A program made the position numbers and the translations under genes. The notes under the pieces were generated by a model. The model saw only the letters and a list, made by a program, of their open reading frames with translations, was not told the origin of the DNA and searched no databases. Below are positions 26,631 to 39,783 of a stretch of DNA of 64,000 bases, in pieces; position 1 is the stretch's first letter, and each line of letters begins with the position of its first letter. The DNA is from Octopus vulgaris (lineage: Eukaryota), in the NCBI GenBank assembly GCA_951406725.2, contig OX597819.1, positions 75,950,001 through 76,014,000 of the forward strand, read 5' to 3'.

Positions 26631-27308
26631 ATCAGTATCGTTCAAACCCGAATATAGACATAGACATGGAAAGATATGGCCGACTCAAGAAATGGATTGA
26701 TAGCATAACAAACATCGATTGCAAGCAAATACCTATAATTATCGAACTTACTGTGCTAACTCGTACAAATGATAGAAACAAAATGTACATCGTTATCTTC
26801 TACATTAAGCTGTTACTGTTGTTCTTGCTGTTGGTTTTTGTTGTTTGCTGCAATTGTATTGTTTGTTGGTGTATTTCGCTCAATATAGTGAATCAAGAGA
26901 CAAAAGGCATTGGGGAAAATTATAGGGGAATTCAACAGAAATACAGAACAATAAATATGCCAGTCAGTTTATGCCAGTGTTTCCAATGCTTCGAAGCAAA
27001 TCATTCAGTTTATATCAGCGTATATATCAGTCTATGTTAGATAAAAGCAAAAATAAACACACACACACACACTGTCAAACGCACACTCACTCTTTCTCTC
27101 TCTCTCTCTCTCTCACACATACACACACACGCACATATACACACGTAGATGCGCACACACATATGCACAGAAAGGTAGACAAACTCGTAAGCACGTACAG
27201 CTATTTACGTGGAAAACAGAACATCAATATGTATTGAATTATGCAGAAAAAAAAAACATGCAGAAAAACGTGTGTATGCAAGGAAATATATGCGTGTGTG
27301 TGTATTCG

Positions 27309-27389
<81 letters not shown>

Positions 27390-27426
27390 TTATCTATCTA
27401 TATATCTGTCTCTGTCTGGCTGTCTG

Positions 27427-27562
<136 letters not shown>

Positions 27563-27577
27563 CTATCTATCTATCAA

Positions 27578-27646
<69 letters not shown>

Positions 27647-28651
27647 GTCTGTCTGTCCGTCTGTCTATCTGCCTGCCTGTCTCTGTCTCTCTGTCTCTCT
27701 GTCTATCTGTCTGTCTGTCGCTCTCTCCCTCTCTGCCATTCTCTCTTGTCCCCTCTTTCTATTTATCTGCCTGTCTGTCTGTCTCTGTCTCTTTGTCTAT
27801 CTGTCTGTTTATCTATCTCTCACTCGCTCCCCCTCTCTCACTTGTCCCCACCATTTATCTGTCGGCAGACAGATAAATAGATAGAAGGTACAACAATGGC
27901 TATCCTTAGTTATAGAACAAAGTGTCTGCAATCAAAAACAAAAAAAAAAGGAACCCTACCCAGCCCTTGTTTGGAGGCAGTTCCCTACTATATATTTCTA
28001 AGTTTACTTACAACATGCAAGGAGTTTTACCTCTGGAAAACAGCAAAGATAGTAGATCCGTCAGAAATTTAACTGTAACTGGGGAATGAACTGAAAGATG
28101 TTCTCTGGTGAAAGGATAGTGTGATTGCTAGCACGTCTGTTAATGAGTAAAGGTGACTGTAAGCCCTGTTAATGGCAAGAGTGTGAAGCAGAGAAAAGGG
28201 TAGAAACAATTACGTTATCAAATAGTTTGCCAAGAGTGACCGTGTTCTAAGCACCAAACTTTGTGAAGGTTCTGAAAGGTCAGTGGCGAAGTAGCGAAAT
28301 ATAAGATTAAAAATTAATAAGTAAATTATTACAGCTAAGGGAAATAAATAACATCCCGTTTCCCTACAACTTTGAAGATACATAGAAATGCTTGAAGATA
28401 CATAGAAATACTGGGTGTATAACAACATCCATTTGGACACGTCAGTAGCTACAACCATATAGAGCATGCAAATATATACACATTCATATATACACGTACA
28501 GAAATGTGAATGAATGTGAGTAAATTTATAGCTTTACTTACATTTTCATATACACCCCTCTCTCTCTTTCTCTCTCTCTATATATACACATACATATAAA
28601 TATATACGTATATACATGTATATGTATACACATATACATATATGTATATAA

Positions 28652-28693
<42 letters not shown>

Positions 28694-28697
<4 letters not shown>

Positions 28698-29566
28698 AAA
28701 TATTAAGGAATGACCCTGAGAAGGTCGTTCGACTCACTTGAAAAGAGCAGCTAAAACTCAAAACCGCAAAAAATAGTAATTCTGAAACTAGAGGAAAATA
28801 AAAAAACATTTATCCCCTTCAAACTTTGTACCCTGCAAGGTTTTAACATCTTCACGCAATCAAATTTAATTAAATTAAATCAAATCCGTTTACGCTTGGC
28901 TTGTCTCGTCAGCAAAGTCACTTGAGTTTTAGCTGCTCTTTTCAAGTGAGTCGAACGACCTTCTCAGGGTCATTCCTTAATATTTTGTTGAATGTATCAT
29001 ATAGTCTGCGACTATTTCTATTTTCTCACTTGACCGCTGGTGGCAGAAAATTTTTCTTGAATTTTTTGTTACCCTTATATTGATTGATTAATGAATGTTT
29101 GACTAATTCTGAAATTTGTATCAGCAGCTTATATTTGCTGCGGAGTAGATGGCGCGATTACGGTGAATTCGAAAATTTACGATATATAGACCCGAGGCTT
29201 AGATGGTGTAGCCTCGTGTATATATATCTGCCTCCTATTTTGGTGACTTTGCTGACGAGACAAGCCAAGCGTAAACGGATTTAATTTAATTTAATTAAAT
29301 TTGATTGCGTGAAGATGTTGAAACCTTGCAGGGTACAAAGTTTGAAGGGGATAAATGTTTTTTTTATTTTCCTCTAGTTTCAGAATTACTATTTTTTGCG
29401 GTTTTGAGTTTTAGCTGCTCTTTTCAAGTGAGTCGAACGACCTTCTCAGGGTCATTCCTTAATATTTTGTTGAATGTATCATATAGTCTGCGACTATTTC
29501 TATTTTCTCACTTGACCGCTGGTGGCAGAAAATTTTTCTTGAATTTTTTGTTACCCTTATATTGAT

Positions 29567-29570
<4 letters not shown>
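28694..29570 (+). mobile_element. Retrozyme/Penelope-like non-coding element: inverted segment + ~1.35 tandem units of a 482-nt monomer, in (TA)n
   Basis: 28694-28921 is the reverse complement of ~29243-29472; 28922-29088 repeats directly at 29404-29570; HHR inside. Confidence 0.88.
29245..29342 (+). ncRNA. Type I hammerhead ribozyme with extended stem II
   Basis: GACTTTG-CTGACGA-GACA..(AT-rich hairpin)..TGTT-GAA-ACCTTGCAGGGT-A-CAAAGTT; stem I 7 bp; GUA site at 29335. Confidence 0.85.
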
Positions 29571-29636
<66 letters not shown>

Positions 29637-29642
29637 GTATAT

Positions 29643-29695
<53 letters not shown>

Positions 29696-29824
29696 TCATA
29701 AACAGCACAAAGAGAGACATATACATTCATATGTGGACATTCATCACAATCACATACCACACAAACATCATACACGCACCACACATACACTCACACATAC
29801 TACATATACCTACATACTTATAGA

Positions 29825-30030
29825 GATACCGCAAGCTGAGGTCTGGCAAAGAAAGCATCCCCACTGCTCGCTATGCATGCGTTTTAATACAGCCCTAGAA
29901 ACACACTTAAAAACTCAATACCGCTACACTTGGGAAGATCTTGCGTCAGACAGGGTGCTATGGGGGGGATCCAATCGTTACAAGTGTTAAAGAATTGAAT
30001 TGGAGAACAACAGGTTTGCATACGCTGAAT
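29825..30030 (+). pseudogene. RTE-like LINE 3' remnant
   Basis: LKTQ..TWEDLASDRVLW resembles the RTE ORF C-terminal WExLAxDRxxWR motif. Confidence 0.45.
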
Positions 30031-30178
30031 TGAAACCTGCTGGTAAATATGTAGAAGACTTACTCACAAACGTAGTCACTGAAATACTCAGTATAACAAT
30101 TTATTATTCAGCATTATCTCTCATGCTCCTTGAGTAACAAAGTGTGTAGGTGAGCCAGTAAACTCCCTCGGTATTACA

Positions 30179-31408
30179 CAGGGTTGGACAGGGAGAACGG
30201 GTGTTTTTGAAATGGCTATTACTAAGCCTCAGGGGAAGGGACATATTTTGCCTACAACAGTTACTTGAAGAATAACGAGTCTGTCGCAGCAGTTCAGCTT
30301 GAGCTTTGGCGCCACTTCAACATTCACCGAAATCAGGCTGTTCCTTCCCGTAACACAATCTTACGTTGGGTGAATGCACTTCGTACAAGAGGTATACTAA
30401 TGAATAAGAGACTGGTAGGGTTGCCACGAACGGTACGGACCCCGGAAACTGTGGAACCCGTCAGACAAGCTTTGATACGGAGTCCGAATCGCTTGGCTCA
30501 GAGATATTCCACTGAACTTGGCATCGGTAATCGCTCGGTAAGGCGTATTTTGCATGACAAACTGCATTTCCACTGGTACAAATAGGGCAAAAGTCGAAAC
30601 CATAGAACTATGCACAGCGGCTTAACTTAGCACATCAAATGGAAACAATTTTTAAGGCAAATGACAGCCTCATTTTGTTAATGAGTGATGAAGCCCATTG
30701 CATCTCAATGGCAGGGTAAAACAGCAGAACTGTCGTTATCGGGGTCTTGAAATTCAGAGAGAACTGCATGAAAGACCACTGCACAGCACAAAAGTGACGG
30801 TCTGCTGTGCTGTTGGAAAAGCTGCCGTCATTGGTCCTTACTTTTTTGAAGAAAATGATGGAAATGCTGTCACTGTGAACTCCCAGCGTTACATCGAGAT
30901 GATAAAAAACTTCTTTGTGCCTGAAGTACGACAAAAACGTATGCCTATTCGACGTGTGTGGTTTCAGCAGGATGGGACGACGGCCTACACAGACAGAGAA
31001 CTAATGGACGTTCTTTGTCCTCTCTTCTGGCGTTTGCCTCATTTCCAGGTTTGCTGACATTCCTTGGACCCCTCGGTACCCTGATTTGTCCATGTATGAT
31101 TATTTCTTGTGGGGAAACCTCAAGGCACGTGTATATGAGCATAATTCTCGTACATTGGATAATTTGAAGGAAGCTATTCGCATGAAAGTCGCTCAAATCG
31201 ACGGAGCAATGCTGGAGAGAGTGGAGGCCAGCTTCCAAGAAATACATCAATGAAAATGGACACCACATGATGAATGTTGTTTTTCACACATGATTTTGAT
31301 AAATGCTAATTCAATACAAATACATTGATGTTAATAAAATTTGTTTGCAGCTAAAATTAATAATTTTGTGGATTTTTCAAAAGCATCCGTTCTCTCTAAT
31401 TCACCCTG
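30179..31408 (+). mobile_element. Tc1/mariner-superfamily DD41D (rosa/Visitor-type) transposon, defective
   Basis: Imperfect TIRs CAGGGT..GAGAACGG.TG.TTTTGAAA; MSDEAH, VIGPYFFE, WFQQDG; after one frameshift WTPRYPDLSMYDYFLWG, giving 41 residues between the 2nd and 3rd D. Confidence 0.88.
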
Positions 31409-31879
31409 TATATCGAACAAGACAGCCAGGCTTCTGCTAGAAAAGTAAGTTACTTGTAATCAATGTAGATTAAGTCCTTTGAAGGCCATATGAGAGGTCA
31501 TTAGCAATGAGGAAACCAAACACAATGTGTTTCTAAGAATGATATGAGTTTAAGAGGTAGTATAACTCGGCCAAGAGTTGATTTACACTACATTTTGAGT
31601 AAGTTTTGAATGCAAATTGAATGTCGTCTTATTACCTGGATTACTATCAACAGATTTCTCGTTCTTTCCTGGGGTGATATCAGTTCTTATTAGATTACCA
31701 TAATCCTTCATGTCACTTGTGTCTTCTTGATATGCACACAAATCTACCGGCACTAATGTACACATGAGCATTTCATAGTTGACAAAATCATTTTTCACCA
31801 AAATTATAAAGCTAATTTCTTCCAGAGAGAGAGGGGGAGAAAGAGAATTGGGAAATTGAGACAAGAATCGAGCGTAGGG

Positions 31880-31930
<51 letters not shown>

Positions 31931-31933
<3 letters not shown>

Positions 31934-32145
31934 CCACTGTCCGAAGTCAGGACGCCATGATAGATCGTTAGCTCCTACACGCATTTTTTTCTCTCCTTGT
32001 TTTTTTCTGTGTATCTTTCTGTCGAAGAGCGTAGGCTCGAAACGTAAAATACTTTTTCTATTCCTGAGCGCTATACTAATACATTTGTTTGTTTGTACTC
32101 CACCTGCCTTCGTATTTTGTTTATTTTCGTAAACTTTCCCATTAA
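31931..32145 (+). mobile_element. HHR family C element in (TA)n
   Basis: CTGTCGA-A-GAGC GTAG GCTC-GAA-ACGT-A at 32019-32046; homologues at 7664, 17511 and 45690. Confidence 0.8.
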
Positions 32146-33229
32146 ATATATATATATGACCCCCTGAATGATCAAATGCAATGTTGAGCTCTGATGGGAG
32201 TTGTTCTAAGCATCCTGGCAAATTCTCTACCTGGAGAAAACTCACTGGACGAATGAAAATTATTCATATACAAACGGAAGGTTACATACGCGGAAGTGTC
32301 GTTTATTGTAGGATTAGTTCAGGAATTAACTGCGCCTACTTTTTAACAACAACAACATCAGCAACAGCAGCAGCAACAATTACTGCAACAACAACAATGA
32401 CATCAACAATAACAACAATAACGCACGGGAGTTACCGTCGGCGCCACAAATGTCACATACGATTGTAATTATTTATGATTCCCGAGCGCAACTTTCCTAA
32501 TGCAAGTTATTGAATAAATAATATATCTATACATATGAGTATAGTATTTCAGTTATGTAAATCAAGAATAATTTTTCGCCAGTATGTTACATTAAGAGCG
32601 AAGAATATGTACGTACACACAGACACATACAAACACACACACACGCACACACATACACGCACAAACGTTCGCACGCACGCACTCACCTATACTCACATAC
32701 GTGCACTCAAACAAGAACACACAAATTAATAGCAAAAGAGTAGGCGCTACAGTAACACTGTCATATACTATCATTAATTCCTATTTGTTTTCGTGCTTTT
32801 TCAATTTCGGTCTAATCAACCTAAAACTTTCTCTACATAAGTCCATAAAATTACGAAAAGAAATGTTTGTTAGCAGTAAGAATATATAGCTGGTGATATC
32901 AAAAGGTTGCACACCACATTTGAACTAGCAATGCCAGAGCTTGACTACGCCGTATGATGGAGCATCGTCACCTTAAACTTCTTTCATCTCATCAGAAGTC
33001 TCCTTTGGTGTACGACTTTTCAAGTATAAGAACCTCTTCATTGATTTGCATTTGACTGCCTCTATTATAACACCTCAGTCCACTTCAGCCGCCGCAAAAG
33101 ACAAATACTAGTGGAAAGCTGCAATTTACAATGTACATTTAGAGACATGTATGATTATACTTGCTCAGGTTCCGTTTCCTGCGTTAACCGGAAGTGCTTA
33201 ATGAACAACCCACGCGTGTACGCGCATGT

Positions 33230-33276
<47 letters not shown>

Positions 33277-33939
33277 AGTTCTTCAATAAACATATATAGT
33301 ATTTCAGTGCAATGCTTCTTTTAGCAGAAACAGTTGTAAGCTAATGACAGTGATTACGTAACACCTACTCGTTTGTCATTCATTAGTTGATATTATAGTT
33401 CTGCATTCACCAGACTGCTTACTCTAAAGTAAGGGTATATTACTTTCTAACAACCGGTTATTAGTTTCGCCACGCCTATCGAATCTTCAGGAAGAGATTC
33501 AGTTTAAAATACACCTACCTACCTACCTTCCTACCTACCTACCTACCTACCTACCTACCTACCTACCTACCTACCTACGTACATACATGCATACATAGGC
33601 ATACACACCACACACACACACACGCACGCTTATCTTTTATGTGAAGAAACTTTTGTTTTGTATTTGGAAGCGTCGAATTATATTATAGAGACAATAAAAT
33701 AGTATTTTGAACGAAGTGTAACCGTGTCTGATGGCAACTGTTTCTGTCTTATAAGGGTGAAATACTCAATCTTCCTGCTGTTTCCACGGCTATACCGTGT
33801 TCGAAATGATATATTACTTTCTTGTCTGTGTTAATATCTACATATACATGCATACATATATATATATATATACATACATATATATATATATATATACATA
33901 TATATATACATATATATACATAAATATATACATACACAA

Positions 33940-33973
<34 letters not shown>

Positions 33974-35059
33974 CTTTATTTATTTATTTATTTATATTTT
34001 TGCGTGTCTTTCTGTATATATGTATATTGTGTTGCATCGCTCCATGTCACGTAAACTTGCTATTTGATGGATATTTACAACAAAGTCCCACATAGCAAAA
34101 ATAATTAGATGGACCTAATCTACATAATAAGTCGTACAGCATTATGGCTGCAATCCAAACGAGGCGAAGTGTAAAACATGAAAGAACATCTTTTACACTT
34201 TTTGACAGGTTTTAGTAATTGGAATATGGCCATGATGGAGAACTCAGATCCTACTAGGTGTACATATGTATGTGTGAGTGCATGTATACTATGTATGCAT
34301 ACATTTGTGCATGTGTACGTGGGTCCGTGTGTGCGTGTCTGTGTCTGTGTGTGTGTGTATGTATGTGTGTGTATTTGTGTGTGCGTGCTAACAGAGACAG
34401 TGCTAATGCTTATACAATATTAAATATGAAAATAAGAATAACAAAGTTATTGAATGCTACTTTAGAAATATTTAATTAGGTCTGATATCTCATGTTGCTC
34501 TACTGTCTCCTCTCGTTAAAGAACAAGGAAAGAGGGAGAGAAAGAATGAGAAGAAGAAAATAAGACAGAAAGAGAGAAAGAGTGGGAGAAAGTGAGAACA
34601 GCGTGTGTGTGCGGATCTGTGTTAGATATGTATCATTAATCCGGCGCTGTTGGATTCGTACGGTTTGATGTATGAAATCGTACCTCTTTGACATCTTACC
34701 TGTTTAAGATTTTACATGAAGATGTTGACACATCAATAATATTCAAACGAAACATCTGTCGTAAACATTTAACACCATTTGTGTTCTCTGGAAACTACGC
34801 TGGTTCTATGGAGGACATATGTACTCGGCCGTCTGGACCACTGCTCCCAACTTTACTCCCCACAATGTAAAATTAATGCGGGAACATGAAGCTAGTTATA
34901 GAGACTGAAGCAGAAACTACTCTACTCCCTGGAAGGAAGACGGGAGAGATATGCTGTGATACAAACCTCCGAACTGGATAGCACTGCACTGTTCGTCAGG
35001 TCTCAACTATCCCCTCTAGAGCGAGGATTATGTACGGCAATAGATTGGTGTTAAAGGAC

Positions 35060-35172
35060 ATTTTTCAGTTTCTGTCTACGAAAACCACTCACAGGGCTTT
35101 GGTCCGCTTGAAGCTGTAGTAGAAGACTCGGAACCATGTGAATGGTAAGCAAGCTACTTACCGCACAGCCAC
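35060..35172 (-). mobile_element. SINE family A fragment
   Basis: CAGTTTCTGTCTAC..CACTCACA.GGCTTTGGTC..GGAACCATGTG..GGTAAGCAAGCTACTTACC. Confidence 0.7.
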
Positions 35173-35189
35173 ATCTATTTATAAATAAA

Positions 35190-36345
35190 TATTATAAAAA
35201 TATATATGGATATTACTATTAATAATTTACAATAATATCAGTGACTGGGCATGAATAAAACAATCATTAAGGCATAATTATTAATTAATAATGAAGGGTT
35301 ATACTTGTAGAACCAGCATGCTAAAGATAGCGGTCAAACCGACTCAAAATCACAGTTTTCACTTGTACACAAGGGTGAAAGAGAGTGTACGAGCAGTAAA
35401 ACTTCAAGACCCGTATCATAGACAAAAATAATCAAAATGAAAATCAGACTTACCCATATCACAATGATTTCGAATATTTTGAATGACCACTTTGTTCTCG
35501 ATCTTTAGCATGCTGGTGCTACAAATAGTACCCTTCATTATTAATTGGTAATTTTGACTTGATGGTTGTTTTACGCATGCTGGCCACTGATATTATTGTA
35601 AATTATTAACAGTAATATCATTATATATTTTTATAATTTACTAGCAGTATTGCCCGGCTTTGCAAAATGATCACATTTAATTCAAAGCGTTAAAAATGTT
35701 ATGAAAACAATTGGTTTGTGTTCACAAAGTCCAAACGATTAATACGTAAAAACCCTCCAGGCTACATCAAGAAAATTCCTTTCTATGCCGAATTTCTACA
35801 ATGTTTACGGCGATTCGTTTTTATATCTTGATTTTTTTATTTTTCATGCAACTTACGCATGCTTGTAGGCGTGGTGAACACAGTTCAGGTCAAACAGCTG
35901 ACTGAGTAAAGTTCACTATTCAATGCATGGGATAAGGCCTAAACAAACACATTATCAATTTTTGCACTTGCGAGAATTTCGGAACAGAAATAGCGCAGTT
36001 CAATTTTCATTCGCCTAAACTTTAAGTGACCCATTTTTGGTGGTTCTACGATTTGTTGGCTAGGAGGAGATGTGCCGGGAAGTTAAACACACAGACACAC
36101 AAGTTGAGTTTTATATATATAGATATTCACTTCGATCATCTTTTTAAATTTGCCGCGGCATTAAAAATGATTGTCGAGCACATGAATGAAGTGGGCATGT
36201 TTTTGATCATTCACAAAGTTCGCTATCACTGTGATATAGGTAAGTCTGATTTTCATTTTCAATTCTTTTCGTCTTTGATACGGGGTTTTAAAAGTTTGCT
36301 CGTACCCTAGATTTTACCCTTGTGTCCCAGTGTAATAACTTCGTT
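35190..36345 (+). mobile_element. Old inverted/permuted Penelope-like non-coding element interrupted by a Helitron
   Basis: 35190-35327 is approximately the reverse complement of 35500-35640; 35355-35490 is approximately the reverse complement of 36200-36335. Confidence 0.6.
35641..36123 (-). mobile_element. Non-autonomous Helitron
   Basis: Minus strand starts TC(TATATATATAAAA), carries GTGTCTGT repeats, ends GCAAAGCCGGGCAATACTGCTAG; inserted between A and T with no TSD. Confidence 0.75.
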
Positions 36346-36403
36346 ATAAATTTATATATATAAATAACAAATGAAAGACAGGAGATGAAATATAGGAGAA
36401 TTA

Positions 36404-36506
36404 ATCACAACAATTGTTTCGACATACGTAGCATCGACTCCTCTTGTGGACACACAAAAACTGGTTCAGGAGTACCCGGTGGCGTAAACGTATCTTGTCG
36501 GGTGAT
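36404..36506 (-). ncRNA. Degenerate type I hammerhead ribozyme with long stem II
   Basis: ATCAC-CCGACAA-GATACGT...ACGTATGTC-GAA-ACAATTGT-T-GTGAT on minus strand. Confidence 0.55.
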
Positions 36507-36623
36507 AAATAAATAAAAAAAAATCGTTGAAATGACTGTTCCTTAATCCAACTTTCCGTTTTGCAGAGAGAAAAACAACCGGACACATACATACACACAC
36601 ATTATATTATATTATATCATATA

Positions 36624-36663
<40 letters not shown>

Positions 36664-36665
36664 CA

Positions 36666-36870
36666 CGAGACTGTGCTGAAATGTTCCTGGCTTCGGATAA
36701 AAGAAAATACTGGAGGATCAGTTAATTATGATTTTATTCATCATATTCTCCTCTCAGATTCACACATTTATTGCATTTTTGTAAACCCTGTAAAAGATCT
36801 CGGAAGTTTAGGTCTCCAACTAGGCCTTTAGCAATGCCCTTAAAGCCAGGAACTTTTCAGTAACCCCGCG
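36666..36870. mobile_element. mariner-derived MITE
   Basis: Imperfect TIRs CGAG...GCTGAAATGTTCCTGGCTT / AAGCCAGGAACTTTTCAGTAACCCCGCG-TA. Confidence 0.75.
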
Positions 36871-36949
36871 TATATTTATTAATTGCCAATACAAATGATT
36901 TTTGTTGATTGGTTAATACTCCAATCACACTCTACATTGTATAGTAGGA

Positions 36950-36980
<31 letters not shown>

Positions 36981-37432
36981 GGGGGGGAGAGAGGGGGGGA
37001 GAGAGACAGTTAAGACTAGAAATTAAAGAACATATAGGAAAACAGCGATTGAAAATCAGGGTTAAAATAGTAAAAGTTGCGTAATCGATAGATGTACAAT
37101 ACATGATCAAGGTTTCACCACTCACATACACTCACACACACCTACATACATATAAACATAACTATAGTCTCAGTAGGAAAATGAAGCCGGCACCATGTGG
37201 TTGGAAAGTTAGCTTCATACCAGCCATGGTTATTGCTCAGATGTGTGATATTTCCAAGCTCGGTTGACATCGTATAGAGAGAGTTGAGCAAAAACAGAGA
37301 ATGTGGAGAGCAGTAACGTAAGTGTTTCAGGGTGAGTGCTTCTACGAGGCTTTGTGTTACGTAATGCCAACTTGATAACTCTGAAAAATATATACCTTTT
37401 AAAGAAATCCTTCAGGTGTAGAGTAAATTGTG

Positions 37433-37474
<42 letters not shown>

Positions 37475-38155
37475 TCTGATCTTAACTGATTGGAAGTGTT
37501 ATCATGTACATTGTTTTGTCTTGGTATAAAAGATGGGCTACAGCAAATATTCTGCTCAATCATGATGGGTTTATAATACTAATAATAATAATAATAATAA
37601 CAACAATAATAATAATAATACATACACACATACTTACATACATATATACATGCATACACACACACATATAAGATGATTGAATTAGCAGTTGCAATAACCA
37701 TCTAAGAGTTAAGAATATCCATTTTACTACCGGTAAAAATTAGCTGTGTTAAACCTGGGCATACATATGCAAGCATATTATGCTCATTGTATAAGGCAAT
37801 AACAAAAATAAACAAGATATTATCAGGAATCAAATTTAAATTCAGAAGAAAATGGAGAAGTTTTGATCAACAACATTTGACTACCTTCGATTATTATTTT
37901 TTAATACAAAACTTGATCCCATCTAACAGCTGTTTCTGCTTCCGTCGTCCCACAGCGCTTCCAAAGAAAATTCTGAGAAAAATACTCGTCATATTCTATA
38001 GCACATCCGATGAGGAACATCGAGCTTCATCAGAGTGAGGAAAATACATAAAATAATATAAAAGAAAAAGAGCCTCGAGACGAGGAATGATGGCTCAATT
38101 CATTTGAATCATACCCTTTTGACGTGTAACGCCTCAGGCCGTTCGATGATATATA

Positions 38156-38468
38156 TTACTCTTTTACTCTTTTACTTGTTTCACTCATTTGACTGCGGCC
38201 ATGCTGGAGCACCGCCTTTAATCGATGAACTCGACCCCAAGACTTATTCATTTGTAAGCCCAGTACTTATTCTATCGGTCTCTTTTGCCGAACCGCTAAG
38301 TAACGGGGACATAAACACACCAACATCGGTTGTCAAGCAATGCTAGGGGGAGAAACACAGACACACAAACACACACACGCATATATATATATATATATAT
38401 ACATATATACGACGGGCTTCTTTCAGTTTTCGTCTACCAAATCCACTCACAAGGCTAGCCACTCCTGC
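38156..38468 (-). mobile_element. SINE family A, internally deleted
   Basis: Near-identical to 3006-3431 but lacks most of the head. Confidence 0.88.
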
Positions 38469-38473
38469 ATATA

Positions 38474-38557
<84 letters not shown>

Positions 38558-38570
38558 TATATATATATAT

Positions 38571-39246
38571 CTAATGTATTACCATATCGGTCCGATATGG
38601 TAATAATGGAATTTTTAAGAAATTTCTGTCGACCTTTTTTCAAGTAACGTGCATATTGTGAAAAAATTATATGGTTAATGGACAATATGTCCAATTTTTC
38701 GGCATATTTGGCATTAGAAATTTTTTCGTTTGCCCTTATTTATTAATTGTTTATAAATTTAACCTTTAAAGGTATTTTTTAATATGCTGGTCATTGATAA
38801 AATTTTTTTCGAAAAGAATTTTTTTGAAAAAAAATTTATCCTACATTAGATATAAATTTAAGCGTTCACTTCCGGACTCTCTCACTCTGTGAGGGCCTCA
38901 GTTCAAATCGCATGTGTCTCGAATGGGCTGGAGTATTTCTATTTTGGATGTATTTGGGGTACTTAATTGTGCTCATGACTTAGAGTTTGCTTCTTCCATG
39001 GGTATGAGTAAGTATCTCATTTATTTCTTTTGCCACATGTATCACTGACGAAGGGAAGGCTGTTATAAGCTAACCCTGAAATCGGTCCGATATGGTAATA
39101 ATGAAATTTTTTAGAAATTTCTGTCGACCTTTTTTCGAGTAGCGTGCGTATTGTGAAAAAATTATATGTCCAATTTTTCGGCATATTTGTCATTAGAAAT
39201 TTTTTCGTTTTTGCCCTTATTTATTGCCCTTATTTATTTGCCCTTA

Positions 39247-39252
<6 letters not shown>
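38571..39252 (+). mobile_element. Retrozyme/Penelope-like non-coding element: ~495-nt monomer + partial repeat, 5' fold-back at the HHR cleavage site
   Basis: ATCGGTCCGATATGGTAATAATG... occurs at 38586 and 39081; 14-bp fold-back TATTACCATATCGG-T-CCGATATGGTAATA; (TA)n on both sides. Confidence 0.88.
39038..39094 (+). ncRNA. Minimal type I hammerhead ribozyme
   Basis: TGTATCA-CTGACGA-AGGG..CCCT-GAA-ATCGGT-C-CGATATG; canonical core; GUC site at 39087. Confidence 0.82.
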
Positions 39253-39296
<44 letters not shown>

Positions 39297-39300
<4 letters not shown>

Positions 39301-39529
39301 GAAATATGTTACCAAAAGGAAATAAAAATTACACGTGGAAATGTAAGGGGAGAGTAAGAGAAAAATAAGCGAAAATGCACACTAGAAATAAAAAAAAATA
39401 AAGGCTTTTTATGAAAAGTAACGATAGATATATACAATTAGATTAACTGAGGTAGGAGTAAAAGTAATAAAAGTCATTATTGTGAATTGTTAAAGAGATT
39501 CAAAAGCGTACCGGTTTCGTAAAATTACT

Positions 39530-39531
<2 letters not shown>
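39297..39531 (-). mobile_element. pLTR-like fragment starting in the 3' half of an HHR
   Basis: Minus strand GTAATTTTAC-GAA-ACCGGT-A; CUGANGA strand absent; (TA)n on both sides. Confidence 0.55.
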
Positions 39532-39577
<46 letters not shown>

Positions 39578-39584
<7 letters not shown>

Positions 39585-39783
39585 AAGAATTCCAACCTTG
39601 TCTGATTTTCACGTTTTATTTACAATCTTATAATGATATATTATAAGATAATATATTATAATTGAATAAAATAAAATGAAATAGTAGAATGTTAAATATT
39701 CATTCTGATTGAACTAGTACTTTCATGCATTGAATTCTGCAATCTTCGGGTTCATGTAGTAGTGTTGACAGTCATGCTTCACA

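Noticed and set aside
26666-27040. 124-aa ORF with a hydrophobic stretch; possible minus-strand splice donor near 26750
   Set aside because: The hydrophobicity comes from TTG-rich low complexity; no homology or exon partners are recognisable
31583-32245. 220-aa minus-strand ORF
   Set aside because: It runs through a family C element and (TA)n and has no recognisable domain
38007-38082. CCGATGAGG...CCTCGAGACG hammerhead-like motif
   Set aside because: GAAA is broken and stems I and III are unconvincing
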